Source: Clostridiaceae bacterium
GTDB taxonomy: Bacteria; Bacillota; Clostridia; TANB77; CAG-508
DNA: 61,574 nucleotides
Direction of reading: 5' to 3'
Assembly: GCA_012513065.1 (NCBI GenBank)
Contig: JAAZCX010000021.1
Coordinates: forward strand, 1 to 61,574
Shown: positions 10,619-20,035 of the stretch, piece by piece
Layout: every line of letters starts with the position of its first letter
Numbering within the stretch: the first letter of the stretch is position 1
Position numbers and translations under genes: made by a program
Notes under the pieces: generated by a model
What the model saw: only the letters and a program-made list of their open reading frames with translations
What the model was told of the DNA's origin: nothing
Databases searched by the model: none

Positions 10619-11569
10619 CTATCTCATTAAATAAGAAAATATAATTGAACTTAATTTTAAACTATCATGTCTTATAACACCATCTATAGTTGTTAGTAAG
10701 TCATCTTCTAATAATTCATAATTTTCTTTAATAATATTTTCATAATCAATTTTAACAGGATCCTTTTGCTCTTCTGAAGCATATTTATCAAGAAGATTAT
10801 CATCTACAATTGTATTAGTAGCAATAACAGCATCAATAGTATTTTTACCAAGATATCTCTCAAGTGTTTGAACGTGGTCATTAACAGTAAAATTATCAGT
10901 TTCTCCAGGTTGTGTCATTGCATTACAAATGTACATTACTTTTGCAGATGAATTATTTATAGCATTTACAATATCTTTACAAATTAAATGTGGCATAACA
11001 CTTGTGTATATACTTCCCATACTCAAAATTATTAAATCTGCTTCTTTTATTTTATCAAAGATTTCTGGAAAAACATGAGGTTCTTCCTTATAAAAAATAC
11101 GACAGTATTGTTTATTTGCTTTGGTAATATTTTCTTCACCTTCAATTATTTCACCATCTGTAGTTTCTCCCATTAAAGTTAAAAAATCTTCTGAAAGAGG
11201 AAGAACAGTTTGTTCAACATGAAGTAATTTGCTTAAATATTCTATACTTGTTTTAAAACTATCTGTTTCTTTTAATAAAGATGTTAAAATTAAATTTCCA
11301 AGTGCATGACCATTTAATTCACTATATGTAGATAATCTATATTCCATAATATTTTTTATTTCATCAGGTAAAGTAGAAAGACTGGTTAATACATGTCTTA
11401 CATCTCCAACAGCTGGTGTAGAAAATTCTTTTCTTAATCTACCAGTGCTACTACCGTTGTCTGATACTGTAATAATTGCAGTTATATCTAATGGAAAGTA
11501 TTTTAATCCTCTTAACACACTAGAAGTTCCAGTTCCACCACCTAAAATAACAACTTTTTTTCTTTGCAT
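10619..11569 (-). CDS. yvcK: YvcK/CofD family UDP-GlcNAc-binding gluconeogenesis factor
   Basis: VVILGGGTG, TVSDNGSSTGRLR, GHALGNL, NAMTQPGET, RHDSLKL. ATG after GGAGG chosen as start. Confidence 0.88.
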   Translation of the reverse strand: MQRKKVVILGGGTGTSSVLRGLKYFPLDITAIITVSDNGSSTGRLRKEFSTPAVGDVRHVLTSLSTLPDEIKNIMEYRLSTYSELNGHALGNLILTSLLKETDSFKTSIEYLSKLLHVEQTVLPLSEDFLTLMGETTDGEIIEGEENITKANKQYCRIFYKEEPHVFPEIFDKIKEADLIILSMGSIYTSVMPHLICKDIVNAINNSSAKVMYICNAMTQPGETDNFTVNDHVQTLERYLGKNTIDAVIATNTIVDDNLLDKYASEEQKDPVKIDYENIIKENYELLEDDLLTTIDGVIRHDSLKLSSIIFSYLMR

Positions 11570-11690
11570 AATTATAACCTCCAACTTAATGTATTGTATA
11601 TTATATATTAAAATGTAAAAAGAAACAAGATATTTAAATTTTTAATATATATATATTGTAATAAAGCAAATAACTTACAATTTTTTCTTG

Positions 11691-11719
11691 TTGACAAAAC
11701 AATACTCTATTGTTAAAAT
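11691..11719 (+). promoter_or_regulatory. SigA promoter of the pilin-like gene
   Basis: TTGACA-N17-TAAAAT with a TG extended -10. Confidence 0.75.
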
Positions 11720-11752
11720 TAAAATAAATGATAGGAGACGAAGGAGAAAAAG

Positions 11753-12784
11753 ATGAAAAATGTAAATGGAATAACATTAGTATCTTTAGTAATAACAATC
11801 ATTATTTTAATAATACTTGCTGGAGTAAGTATTAATTTAGTAGTAGGACAAGATGGAATAATAACTAAAGCAAAACAAGCTAAAGAAAATATTGAACTTG
11901 CACAAATTGAAGAACAAACTAGATTAAATGATATATATACTTCTATGAATAATGAAACATCAGGAGGAATATTATATGAGCCAATTGCTGAATTGTTAAA
12001 TTATAGAAGAAAAATTTCACAAGCAATTACAAATAGAGGAATAACTACATCAGAAATGGATAGTGCAGATAAAATGGCTGCTAATATATCAAATATATCA
12101 GCAAGTTCATCTTTTTCACCTATAGAAGAAGTATATAAAACTTCTATAAAGCCAATTAATGTAAATACAACTACTCCAAATATTGTAACATTTAAAGCGA
12201 CAAAAAAAGGAAATTTAATTATTGATATAAATTATGATGGAGGGGCACTTGCGGCAAAATATTATCCTATATCGGCTAGTGCTACAAACTGTACAGTAAT
12301 ACAACAAGATTTACCAATATACAATACACATTATGCAGGTTATTTGTTAGCAGGAACTTGCGAAAAAGATGAAGATATCACTGTATCTATATACGCATTT
12401 AATGATGCAATATCAGCAAACTATACAATAAGTGCTTATATAATTGAAAATGAAGAAGAAAAACAAATACAAAATGCATATGCAGAAACATTTACACCTG
12501 TAAGTAATGTGACTAAAACAATGAGTTTTACAGCATCAAAAACAGGAAATTTAATAATAGATATCAATTATGATGGTGGAGGAATTGCAGCAAAATATTA
12601 TCCAAACAAATTAAAAGCAACACATTGTACAACAATACAAAATGATTTACCAATTTATAGTATTTATAATTCTGGATATTTAATGTCAGGTATTTGCAGT
12701 GAAGGAGAAACAATAACAATAGAACTTACAGCATTTAATGATGCAATATCAGCATCATATACAGTTAATGCATATATAATATAA
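11753..12784 (+). CDS. Type IV pilin-like protein with a tandemly duplicated C-terminal domain
   Basis: MKNVNG|ITLVSLVITIIILIILAGVSI class III signal-like N-terminus. Two repeats 112 aa apart (GNLIIDINYDGG...FNDAISA.YT..AYII). Confidence 0.8.
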   Translation: MKNVNGITLVSLVITIIILIILAGVSINLVVGQDGIITKAKQAKENIELAQIEEQTRLNDIYTSMNNETSGGILYEPIAELLNYRRKISQAITNRGITTSEMDSADKMAANISNISASSSFSPIEEVYKTSIKPINVNTTTPNIVTFKATKKGNLIIDINYDGGALAAKYYPISASATNCTVIQQDLPIYNTHYAGYLLAGTCEKDEDITVSIYAFNDAISANYTISAYIIENEEEKQIQNAYAETFTPVSNVTKTMSFTASKTGNLIIDINYDGGGIAAKYYPNKLKATHCTTIQNDLPIYSIYNSGYLMSGICSEGETITIELTAFNDAISASYTVNAYII

Positions 12785-12914
12785 TTAAATAAAATGTAAA
12801 AGTGAGTACAAAATTAATACTCACTTTTTATTATTTTAATAACAAAATTTATTAAAAAGTATAGACATAAGAACAATTAGGGATTATAATATTTGAAGAA
12901 ATCGGAGGAAGAAT

Positions 12915-14681
12915 ATGAATAATCAATATAGAAATCATACATGTGGAGAATTAAATATAAAAAATGTAGGACAAGAAGTTAGATTAGCTGGTTGGGTTCA
13001 AAGAATTCGTAACTTAGGAGCAATGAAATTTGTAGATTTAAGAGATGAATCTGGTATTACTCAAATAGTTATTTCAGATAAAGAAGAATTAAATGAAGTA
13101 TCAAATGTTTTAGTAACAGAATGTGTTATTTCTGTTACTGGAAAAGTATTAGAACGTTCAAATAAAAATTTAAAAATATCAACTGGAGAAATAGAAGTAG
13201 ATGCAAATGAGATTACAGTACTTGGAAAATGTAAAAATGTATTACCATTTGAAGTAAACTCAGATAAAGCAGATATTAGTACAGTTAAAGAAGATTTAAG
13301 ATTACAATATAGATTTTTAGATTTAAGAAATGATAAAATACATAAAAATATATTACTTCGTTCAAAAATATTAAAATTTTTAAGAGATAAAATGGATGAA
13401 TTGGGATTTTATGAAATTCAAACACCAATTTTAGCTAATTCATCACCAGAAGGTGCAAGAGATTTCTTAGTACCAAGTAGAATACATCCAGGAGAATTTT
13501 ATGCATTACCTCAAGCACCACAACAATTCAAACAATTACTTATGGTATCAGGATTTAGTAAATATTTTCAATTAGCGCCATGTTTTAGAGATGAAGATCC
13601 AAGAGCAGATAGGGCACCAGGTGAATTTTATCAATTGGATTTTGAGATGGCATTTGGAACTCAAGAAGAAGTTTTTGAAATATTAGAAGAAATATTTACA
13701 TCTACATTTAAGAAATTTACTACTTGGAAAGTAGATGAAGGACCATTTATACGTATTCCATATAAAGAAGCTATGGAAAAATACGGAATAGATAAACCAG
13801 ATCTAAGAAATCCACTTATTATTCAAGATGCAACACAAGCTTTTAAAAATACAGAATTTAATGCATTTGAAAATAAAATAGTAAAATGTATCATAATTCC
13901 AAATGGATCAGAACAAGGAAGAAAATTCTTTGACAATATGACTATATTTGCAAAAGAAGAAGTAGGAGCAGATGGATTAGCTTGGGTAAAACTAACAGAA
14001 GAAGGACCTACAGGTGGAATTGCAAAGTTTGTAACAGAAGAAGTTAAAAAATATTTAGAGCAATTAGGAGCAAAAACAGGAGATAGCATTTTATTTGTTG
14101 CAAACGAAAAATTAGAAATAGTACAAAAAATTGCAGGACTTATTCGTATAGAAGTTGGAAAACAATTAGATCTAATAGAAAAAGATAGCTATAGATTCTG
14201 TTTTATAGTAGATTTTCCAATGTATGAATATAATGAAGATACTGAAAAAATTGATTTTAACCATAATCCATTTTCTATGCCACAAGGTGGAATGGAAGCA
14301 TTACTTACAAAAGATCCATTAGATATTGTAGCATATCAATATGATGTTGTTTGCAATGGATATGAAATGGCATCAGGAGCAGTAAGAAATCATGATCCAG
14401 AGCTTATGGTTAAAGCATTTGAAATAGCAGGATATAGTGAAGAAGAAGTTGAAACTAGATTTGGAGCGTTATATAATGCATTCCAATATGGTACACCACC
14501 ACATGCAGGTGCAGCTCCTGGAGTAGATAGAATGATAATGTTAATAGCAAATGAATATAATTTAAGAGAAATTATAGCATTTCCTAAAAATAAAAAAGCA
14601 AGAGATGTATTAATGAATGCACCAAGCAAAGTATCAAAAGAACAATTAGATGAAGTACATATAAAAATAATAGAAGAATAA
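12915..14681 (+). CDS. aspS: Aspartate-tRNA ligase
   Basis: OB domain, EGARDFLVPSR, YALPQAPQQFKQLLM, GTPPHAG...GVDR. Confidence 0.97.
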   Translation: MNNQYRNHTCGELNIKNVGQEVRLAGWVQRIRNLGAMKFVDLRDESGITQIVISDKEELNEVSNVLVTECVISVTGKVLERSNKNLKISTGEIEVDANEITVLGKCKNVLPFEVNSDKADISTVKEDLRLQYRFLDLRNDKIHKNILLRSKILKFLRDKMDELGFYEIQTPILANSSPEGARDFLVPSRIHPGEFYALPQAPQQFKQLLMVSGFSKYFQLAPCFRDEDPRADRAPGEFYQLDFEMAFGTQEEVFEILEEIFTSTFKKFTTWKVDEGPFIRIPYKEAMEKYGIDKPDLRNPLIIQDATQAFKNTEFNAFENKIVKCIIIPNGSEQGRKFFDNMTIFAKEEVGADGLAWVKLTEEGPTGGIAKFVTEEVKKYLEQLGAKTGDSILFVANEKLEIVQKIAGLIRIEVGKQLDLIEKDSYRFCFIVDFPMYEYNEDTEKIDFNHNPFSMPQGGMEALLTKDPLDIVAYQYDVVCNGYEMASGAVRNHDPELMVKAFEIAGYSEEEVETRFGALYNAFQYGTPPHAGAAPGVDRMIMLIANEYNLREIIAFPKNKKARDVLMNAPSKVSKEQLDEVHIKIIEE

Positions 14682-14746
14682 ACAATAATAAAAGATGTGA
14701 AAGACTTAAAAATCATTCACATCTTTTTGGAAAGTAGGATTAATAA

Positions 14747-15826
14747 ATGTTAAATGGAAAAAAAGTATTATTAGGAATGAGTGGAGGAGTAGATAGTTCT
14801 GTTTCAGCAATTATTTTAAAAGAAATGGGATATGAAGTTATAGGAGCGACTATGTTATTATGCCCTAAACAAAATATAAATGTTGAAGTTGGATGTCTTG
14901 CAAATTCAGCAGTTAATGATGCTAAAAAAGTATGTGAAAAACTGAATATAAAACATATAGTATTAGATTGTAGAGAAGAATTTAAAACTAGAGTTATCGA
15001 TAATTTTGTAGGTTCATATGAAAATTGTAAAACACCTAATCCTTGTGTTGAATGTAATTGTTATTTAAAGTTTGGAAAATTTTATGAGAAAGCAATTGAG
15101 CTTGGATGTGATTATGTAGCAACAGGACATTATGCAAAAGTAGAATATGATGAAAAATTAGAACAATATGTAATGAAAAAGTCAAAAGCAGAAGGTAAAG
15201 ATCAAACATATTTCTTATATAAAGTACAAAAAGAAGTATTGCCTAAAATCATATATCCATTAGAAAATTTTGAAAATAAAGAAGAAATTAGAAAAATAGC
15301 AGAAAAGTATGATTTGGTAGTAGCACACAAGAAAGATAGTCAAGAAGTATGTTTTATACCAGATGATGACTATGTAAATTTTATAAAAAATAATGATTAT
15401 AATAATCAAAATTTTAAAGAAGGAAATATAGTTTTAAAAGACGGAACAATATTAGGAAAACATAAAGGATTAATAAACTATACAATAGGACAAAGAAAAG
15501 GATTGGGAGTTAGTTATAAATTACCTTTATATGTTATTTCATTAAACAAAGAGAAAAATGAAGTAATAGTTGGAGAAGAAAAAGATTTATATGAAAAAGA
15601 ATTAAAAGCAGAAGATTGCAATTTCTTAATTGATATAGATTTAGAAAAAGAAATAGAAGTAATGGCTAAAATAAGATATCGTGCAAAAGAAGCAAAAGCT
15701 ACTTTAAAAATGAAAGATGGTATTGCTAATGTAATTTTTAATGAACCTCAAAGAGCAATTACACCAGGTCAATCAGTAGTATTTTATATAGATAATATAG
15801 TTATTGGTGGAGGGAAAATATTATAA
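14747..15826 (+). CDS. mnmA: tRNA 2-thiouridylase MnmA
   Basis: SGGVDS PP-loop, TPNPCVECN, ATGHYA, KDQTYFL, DSQEVCF, TIGQRKGLG, AITPGQ. Confidence 0.97.
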   Translation: MLNGKKVLLGMSGGVDSSVSAIILKEMGYEVIGATMLLCPKQNINVEVGCLANSAVNDAKKVCEKLNIKHIVLDCREEFKTRVIDNFVGSYENCKTPNPCVECNCYLKFGKFYEKAIELGCDYVATGHYAKVEYDEKLEQYVMKKSKAEGKDQTYFLYKVQKEVLPKIIYPLENFENKEEIRKIAEKYDLVVAHKKDSQEVCFIPDDDYVNFIKNNDYNNQNFKEGNIVLKDGTILGKHKGLINYTIGQRKGLGVSYKLPLYVISLNKEKNEVIVGEEKDLYEKELKAEDCNFLIDIDLEKEIEVMAKIRYRAKEAKATLKMKDGIANVIFNEPQRAITPGQSVVFYIDNIVIGGGKIL

Positions 15827-15847
15827 AACAAATTTTCGCAAAAACTA

Positions 15848-15876
15848 TTGACTTATGTAACATCAAATGGTAAAAT
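15848..15876 (+). promoter_or_regulatory. SigA promoter
   Basis: TTGACT-N17-TAAAAT. Confidence 0.65.
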
Positions 15877-15906
15877 GACGATATTATATTCGAAAGAGGT
15901 GATGTT

Positions 15907-16179
15907 ATGCAAGGAAATATTCCTATGGCAAATGACCAAATCGAAGAAATAAAAGAAATTTTAAAAGAAGTAAAAAATGAACAACAAAATTTGTCAAACC
16001 AAACACAAAAGAATTTTGAAATTATTGTAAGAAAACTAATGAAAATGCAAGAGTATAATGAAATAAGCGATATGACTAATCAAGTATTTGAAATGCGTTT
16101 ATCAAATATTGAAGATTTCTTATTTCAACTAGACAAATACATATATAATAAGAAAAATAGAAAAGAAAAACAAAAGTAA
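15907..16179 (+). CDS. Hypothetical coiled-coil protein
   Basis: 90-aa ORF with GAGGTG RBS, own promoter and a palindromic terminator at 16185-16214. Confidence 0.65.
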   Translation: MQGNIPMANDQIEEIKEILKEVKNEQQNLSNQTQKNFEIIVRKLMKMQEYNEISDMTNQVFEMRLSNIEDFLFQLDKYIYNKKNRKEKQK

Positions 16180-16239
16180 TAACTAAAATACCAAGAGTAT
16201 ACTCTTGGTATTTTTATATAATAGATGTATAGAATATAA

Positions 16240-16268
16240 TTGACAAAAGAATAGTATGTTGATAAAAT
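16240..16268 (+). promoter_or_regulatory. SigA promoter of the HD-domain gene
   Basis: TTGACA-N17-TAAAAT. Confidence 0.7.
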
Positions 16269-16320
16269 GAGAACAGTATAAAGAGAAAAAAGAAGAAAAA
16301 TTAATCGTAAGGATGAAAAA

Positions 16321-17077
16321 ATGATAGATTTAGATAGAATAAGAAAACAATTTCATGAATATGTAAGTAATTATGATATAAATAATTCAAAGATTAAATT
16401 AAAATATGAACATACATTAAGAGTAGTTGAAAACTGTAAAGTTTTGGCTAATGAATTAAAGTTAAATGAAGAAGATACAAAATTAGCATGTTTAATAGGA
16501 TATTTACATGATATAGGAAGATTTGAACAAGCAAAGGTATATGGAACATTTAAAGATAATAAATCTATAGATCATGCAGATTATAGTATTGAACAATTAT
16601 TTGAAAAAGGTGAAATTAGGAAGTATATAGATGAAATTGAATATGATGAAATCATATATGTATCAGTAAAATATCATAATAAAATAGATATAAAAGATGG
16701 AATTGATGAAAGAACAAAATTATTTGCAGAATTAATAAAAGATGCAGATAAAATAGATATTTTTAGAGTAGCAGTAATTAATAAATCACAAGATTTTTAT
16801 GAAGTTAATAAATATGATGGAAATTTAACTAAAAGTGTAGAAAAAACATTTTATGAGCATAAACTTATTAATATAACACAAGTAAAAACAGTAACAGATA
16901 AATTAGCATTAATAATAGCATTTGTATATGATATTAATATTAAAAAGTCATTTGAAATTATAAAAAAAGAAAAATTAATTGAAAAAGTAGTAGAGATTTT
17001 TTTGCAAGATTATAATGTACAAGATGATAAAAAAATACAAAAAATGAAAAGAGAAATATTAAATTATATGCGGATAA
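16321..17077 (+). CDS. HD-domain phosphohydrolase; ends at 17077 if the CGG at 17071 is shifted +1, otherwise at 17145
   Basis: EHTLRV...LHDIGRF...DHAD...HNK...DADKID. The 0-frame tail after the CGG runs through the terminator hairpin. Confidence 0.85.
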
Positions 17078-17083
17078 AAAAGA

Positions 17084-17114
17084 AAAATAGCGTAACATTT
17101 TGTTACGTTATTTT
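17084..17114 (+). terminator. Intrinsic terminator after the HD gene
   Basis: AAAATAGCGTAACA-TTT-TGTTACGTTATTTT, one G:U pair. Confidence 0.75.
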
Positions 17115-17239
17115 AAGTTGTTTAAAATTAAAGAAAAGCATATAAATAAATTGTATTAAAATTTGCTATTACTATTGATAAAATAATAAAATAAAGGTAA
17201 AATAATCAAAAAGATATGGAAAAGTAGAGGAGAAAACAC

Positions 17240-18610
17240 ATGAAGAAAAATATAAGATTTTATTTTGCGTTTTATTTAGCAAAAATATCAGTAATAGCAT
17301 TAAAAATAATAAAAAGAGATGCAACACAATTTCCAGGTAAATTAGCAATTACATTATGTCCTAATTTCTTAGAACAAATAGGAAAACCAAAAACAATAAT
17401 TGCAGTTACAGGTACAAATGGAAAAACAACTGTATGTAATATGATTGAAGATTGTTTAAGAGAAAATGGATATGATTTTGTAGATAATCAATTAGGCTCT
17501 AATACTAATTCAGGAATTGCATCTACATTTATAAAAGCAGCTAAATTGTCAGGAAAACCAAAAAAAGATTTAGCAGTATTTGAAATAGATGAAAGAAGTT
17601 CTATAAGAGTATATCCATATGTTAAACCAACATATTTGATATGCACAAATTTATTTAGAGATTCATTAATGAGAAATGCACATACAGAATTCATATCTAA
17701 TATGTTAACAACAAACATACCAGAGGAAACTAAATTAATATTAAATGGTGATGATTTAATTGTAAGTAATTTAGCACCTGCAAATGATAGAGTTTATTTT
17801 GGAATAGATAGAATAAATACAGATACAGATTCTTGTGAGAATATAGCTAGAGATATAATAGTTTGTCCAAAATGTAACAGCAAATTAGAATATGATTTTG
17901 TACGTTATAATCATATAGGGCGAGCACATTGCATAAATTGTGACTTTAAATCTCCTGAAATTAATTATGAAGTAACAGAAATAAATTTAGAAAACAAAAT
18001 AATGAAAGTAAAACATAATAATGAAGAAGAACAATATGATTTAATTAATAATAATATTATAAATATTTATAATATGCTTGCGACGATTACAATTTTAAAA
18101 GAATTAGGACTAACAAAAGAACAAATAAATCCTGTATTGAGAAAACAAAAAATAGTCGATACAAGATATAGTAAATATGAAGTAAAAGAAAAAGAAGTTA
18201 TTACACAATTAGCTAAAGGAATGAATCCAATTGCATGTTCAAGAGCATTTGATTATTTAAGAAAAGAAAGTGGTAATAAAGCAGTATTTATATTATTAGA
18301 CGATTTACATGAAGCTGCAAATGGATCAGAAAATATTGCATGGCATTATGATACGGATTTTGAATTTTTAAAAGATGATTCAATAAAACAAATATTAACA
18401 GCAGGAGCAAGATATTTAGATACTAAAGTAAGATTACAGATGGCAGATATTCCACTTGATAAAGTAGTATGCCAAAGAAATGAAATGTCTTTAGTAGATG
18501 AATTGAATTTAGATGGAATTGATAAAGTATTTATATTACATGATTTATATTCAATTTCATTAAAAAATGAACTTAAAGAACAAGTAATAAGAAAAATAGA
18601 AGAGGAGTAA
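17240..18610 (+). CDS. murT: Lipid II isoglutaminyl synthase subunit MurT (Mur ligase, DUF1727)
   Basis: VTGTNGKTT, TNLFRD, Cys4 insert CPKC...CINC, LAKGMNP, DTDFE; adjacent to gatD. Confidence 0.88.
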   Translation: MKKNIRFYFAFYLAKISVIALKIIKRDATQFPGKLAITLCPNFLEQIGKPKTIIAVTGTNGKTTVCNMIEDCLRENGYDFVDNQLGSNTNSGIASTFIKAAKLSGKPKKDLAVFEIDERSSIRVYPYVKPTYLICTNLFRDSLMRNAHTEFISNMLTTNIPEETKLILNGDDLIVSNLAPANDRVYFGIDRINTDTDSCENIARDIIVCPKCNSKLEYDFVRYNHIGRAHCINCDFKSPEINYEVTEINLENKIMKVKHNNEEEQYDLINNNIINIYNMLATITILKELGLTKEQINPVLRKQKIVDTRYSKYEVKEKEVITQLAKGMNPIACSRAFDYLRKESGNKAVFILLDDLHEAANGSENIAWHYDTDFEFLKDDSIKQILTAGARYLDTKVRLQMADIPLDKVVCQRNEMSLVDELNLDGIDKVFILHDLYSISLKNELKEQVIRKIEEE

Positions 18611-18613
18611 GAT

Positions 18614-19321
18614 ATGGAAGAAAATTTAAAAATAGAAATTTTATTTCCAGAGTTTTGTAATTTGTATGGTGATATAAGCAACATGAAATATTTGAAAAAA
18701 TGTTTACCAAAAGCAAAATTTATTGAAACAACATTTGATAAAGAACCTACTTTTATAAAAGAAAATGTAAATTTTATATATTTAGGTCCTATGACAGAAA
18801 ATATGCAAGAAAAAGTAATAGAAAAATTAAAACCATATAAAACAAGAATAGAAGAATTAATAAAACAAAATGTTATATTTCTAATTACTGGTAATGCTTT
18901 AGAAATATTCGGAAATTATATTGAAAATGAGGATGGAAGTAAAGTAGAAGCTTTGAAAATTTTTGATATTTTTGCAAAAAGAGATATGTTACATAGACAT
19001 AATAGTATTTTTATTGGAAAATGGGGAAATATAGAATTAGTAGGATTTAAAAGTCAATTTACATTTGCTTATGGTGACAATGAAAATAACTATTTTGCAA
19101 ATGTTGAAAAAGGAATTGGAATAAATAAAGAATCTAAATTAGAAGGTATTTACAAAAATAACTTTATTGGTACTTATTTAATTGGACCTATTTTAATATT
19201 AAATCCAATGTTTACAAAATCTTTAATAGAAAAAATGGGAATAAAAGATATGAAAATAGCATTTGAAGAAGATTTAAGTGCAGCATATGAGCAAAGATTA
19301 ATAGAATTTAAAAAATTGTAA
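18614..19321 (+). CDS. gatD: Glutamine amidotransferase subunit GatD (CobQ/CobB-like)
   Basis: NLYGDISN and GTYLIGPILILNP. The usual nucleophile region reads ITGNALEIFG, with no obvious Cys. Confidence 0.82.
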   Translation: MEENLKIEILFPEFCNLYGDISNMKYLKKCLPKAKFIETTFDKEPTFIKENVNFIYLGPMTENMQEKVIEKLKPYKTRIEELIKQNVIFLITGNALEIFGNYIENEDGSKVEALKIFDIFAKRDMLHRHNSIFIGKWGNIELVGFKSQFTFAYGDNENNYFANVEKGIGINKESKLEGIYKNNFIGTYLIGPILILNPMFTKSLIEKMGIKDMKIAFEEDLSAAYEQRLIEFKKL

Positions 19322-19462
19322 GTAAAGAGCTAACAACAAGAGAAATAAAAGAGGTATTTTAAAACTTATTAATGATTTTGATGATGTATTAACAACAAAA
19401 ATTAAATGTGATATTTTACTACAATTGATGAGATTTTAGGTAAAAAAAGATAAAGAATACAG

Positions 19463-19518
19463 AAATATTACAAAAATATTACAAAAAAGTTGCAAAAATA
19501 TTACAGGCATGATATAAT
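19463..19518 (+). promoter_or_regulatory. Four 11-bp tandem units (AAAAATATTAC) overlapping a TTGCAA-N17-TATAAT promoter
   Basis: Read directly from the sequence. The reverse complement is TGTAAT-N5-TGTAAT. Confidence 0.6.
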
Positions 19519-19549
19519 AATGATATATTCAAAAGAGAAGGTGGAAAAA

Positions 19550-19885
19550 ATGGAACTAATGACAATCATTTATATATTATCATTTATTATATTTGGATTA
19601 GTAATATACTCTGTAATGCAATTAAAATTAGCAGGGTTAAATGTAAAAGATTTTTGGAGCTTCATTGAAGCCAATCAAGTTTTAGATAAATTATATGCTT
19701 TTTCAAAAAAATATAAAAAAATGAGTGCACAAGAACAAATAATATTCTTAATGGAAGCGGAAAAAGTATTTAATGCATTTGATAAAGTACCTAAAATTAT
19801 TTGGGAAGAAGAATATAATAAATATGAAGATGTACTTGATACATATAAAGATATTAAAGTATTAAGATGGGCATCATCTAATTAA
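19550..19885 (+). CDS. Hypothetical membrane-anchored protein
   Basis: N-terminal TM helix (MELMTIIYILSFIIFGLVIY). ATG after AAGGTGG chosen over the ORF-track TTG. Confidence 0.7.
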   Translation: MELMTIIYILSFIIFGLVIYSVMQLKLAGLNVKDFWSFIEANQVLDKLYAFSKKYKKMSAQEQIIFLMEAEKVFNAFDKVPKIIWEEEYNKYEDVLDTYKDIKVLRWASSN

Positions 19886-19914
19886 TAAGTTATAACATAA
19901 AAACTCTTATAGAT

Positions 19915-19956
19915 AAAAAAACATTCTAGAATTTTAAAATTCTAGAATGTTTTTTT
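19915..19956. terminator. 42-bp perfect palindrome, bidirectional terminator-like
   Basis: AAAAAAACATTCTAGAATTTT|AAAATTCTAGAATGTTTTTTT. Confidence 0.75.
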
Positions 19957-20035
19957 GTTTATAAGAAAGAATAATATAATATAAAACTAATATAATAATA
20001 AAATAAAAAGATAAAAGAAGAAAAGGAGTAGAGTA

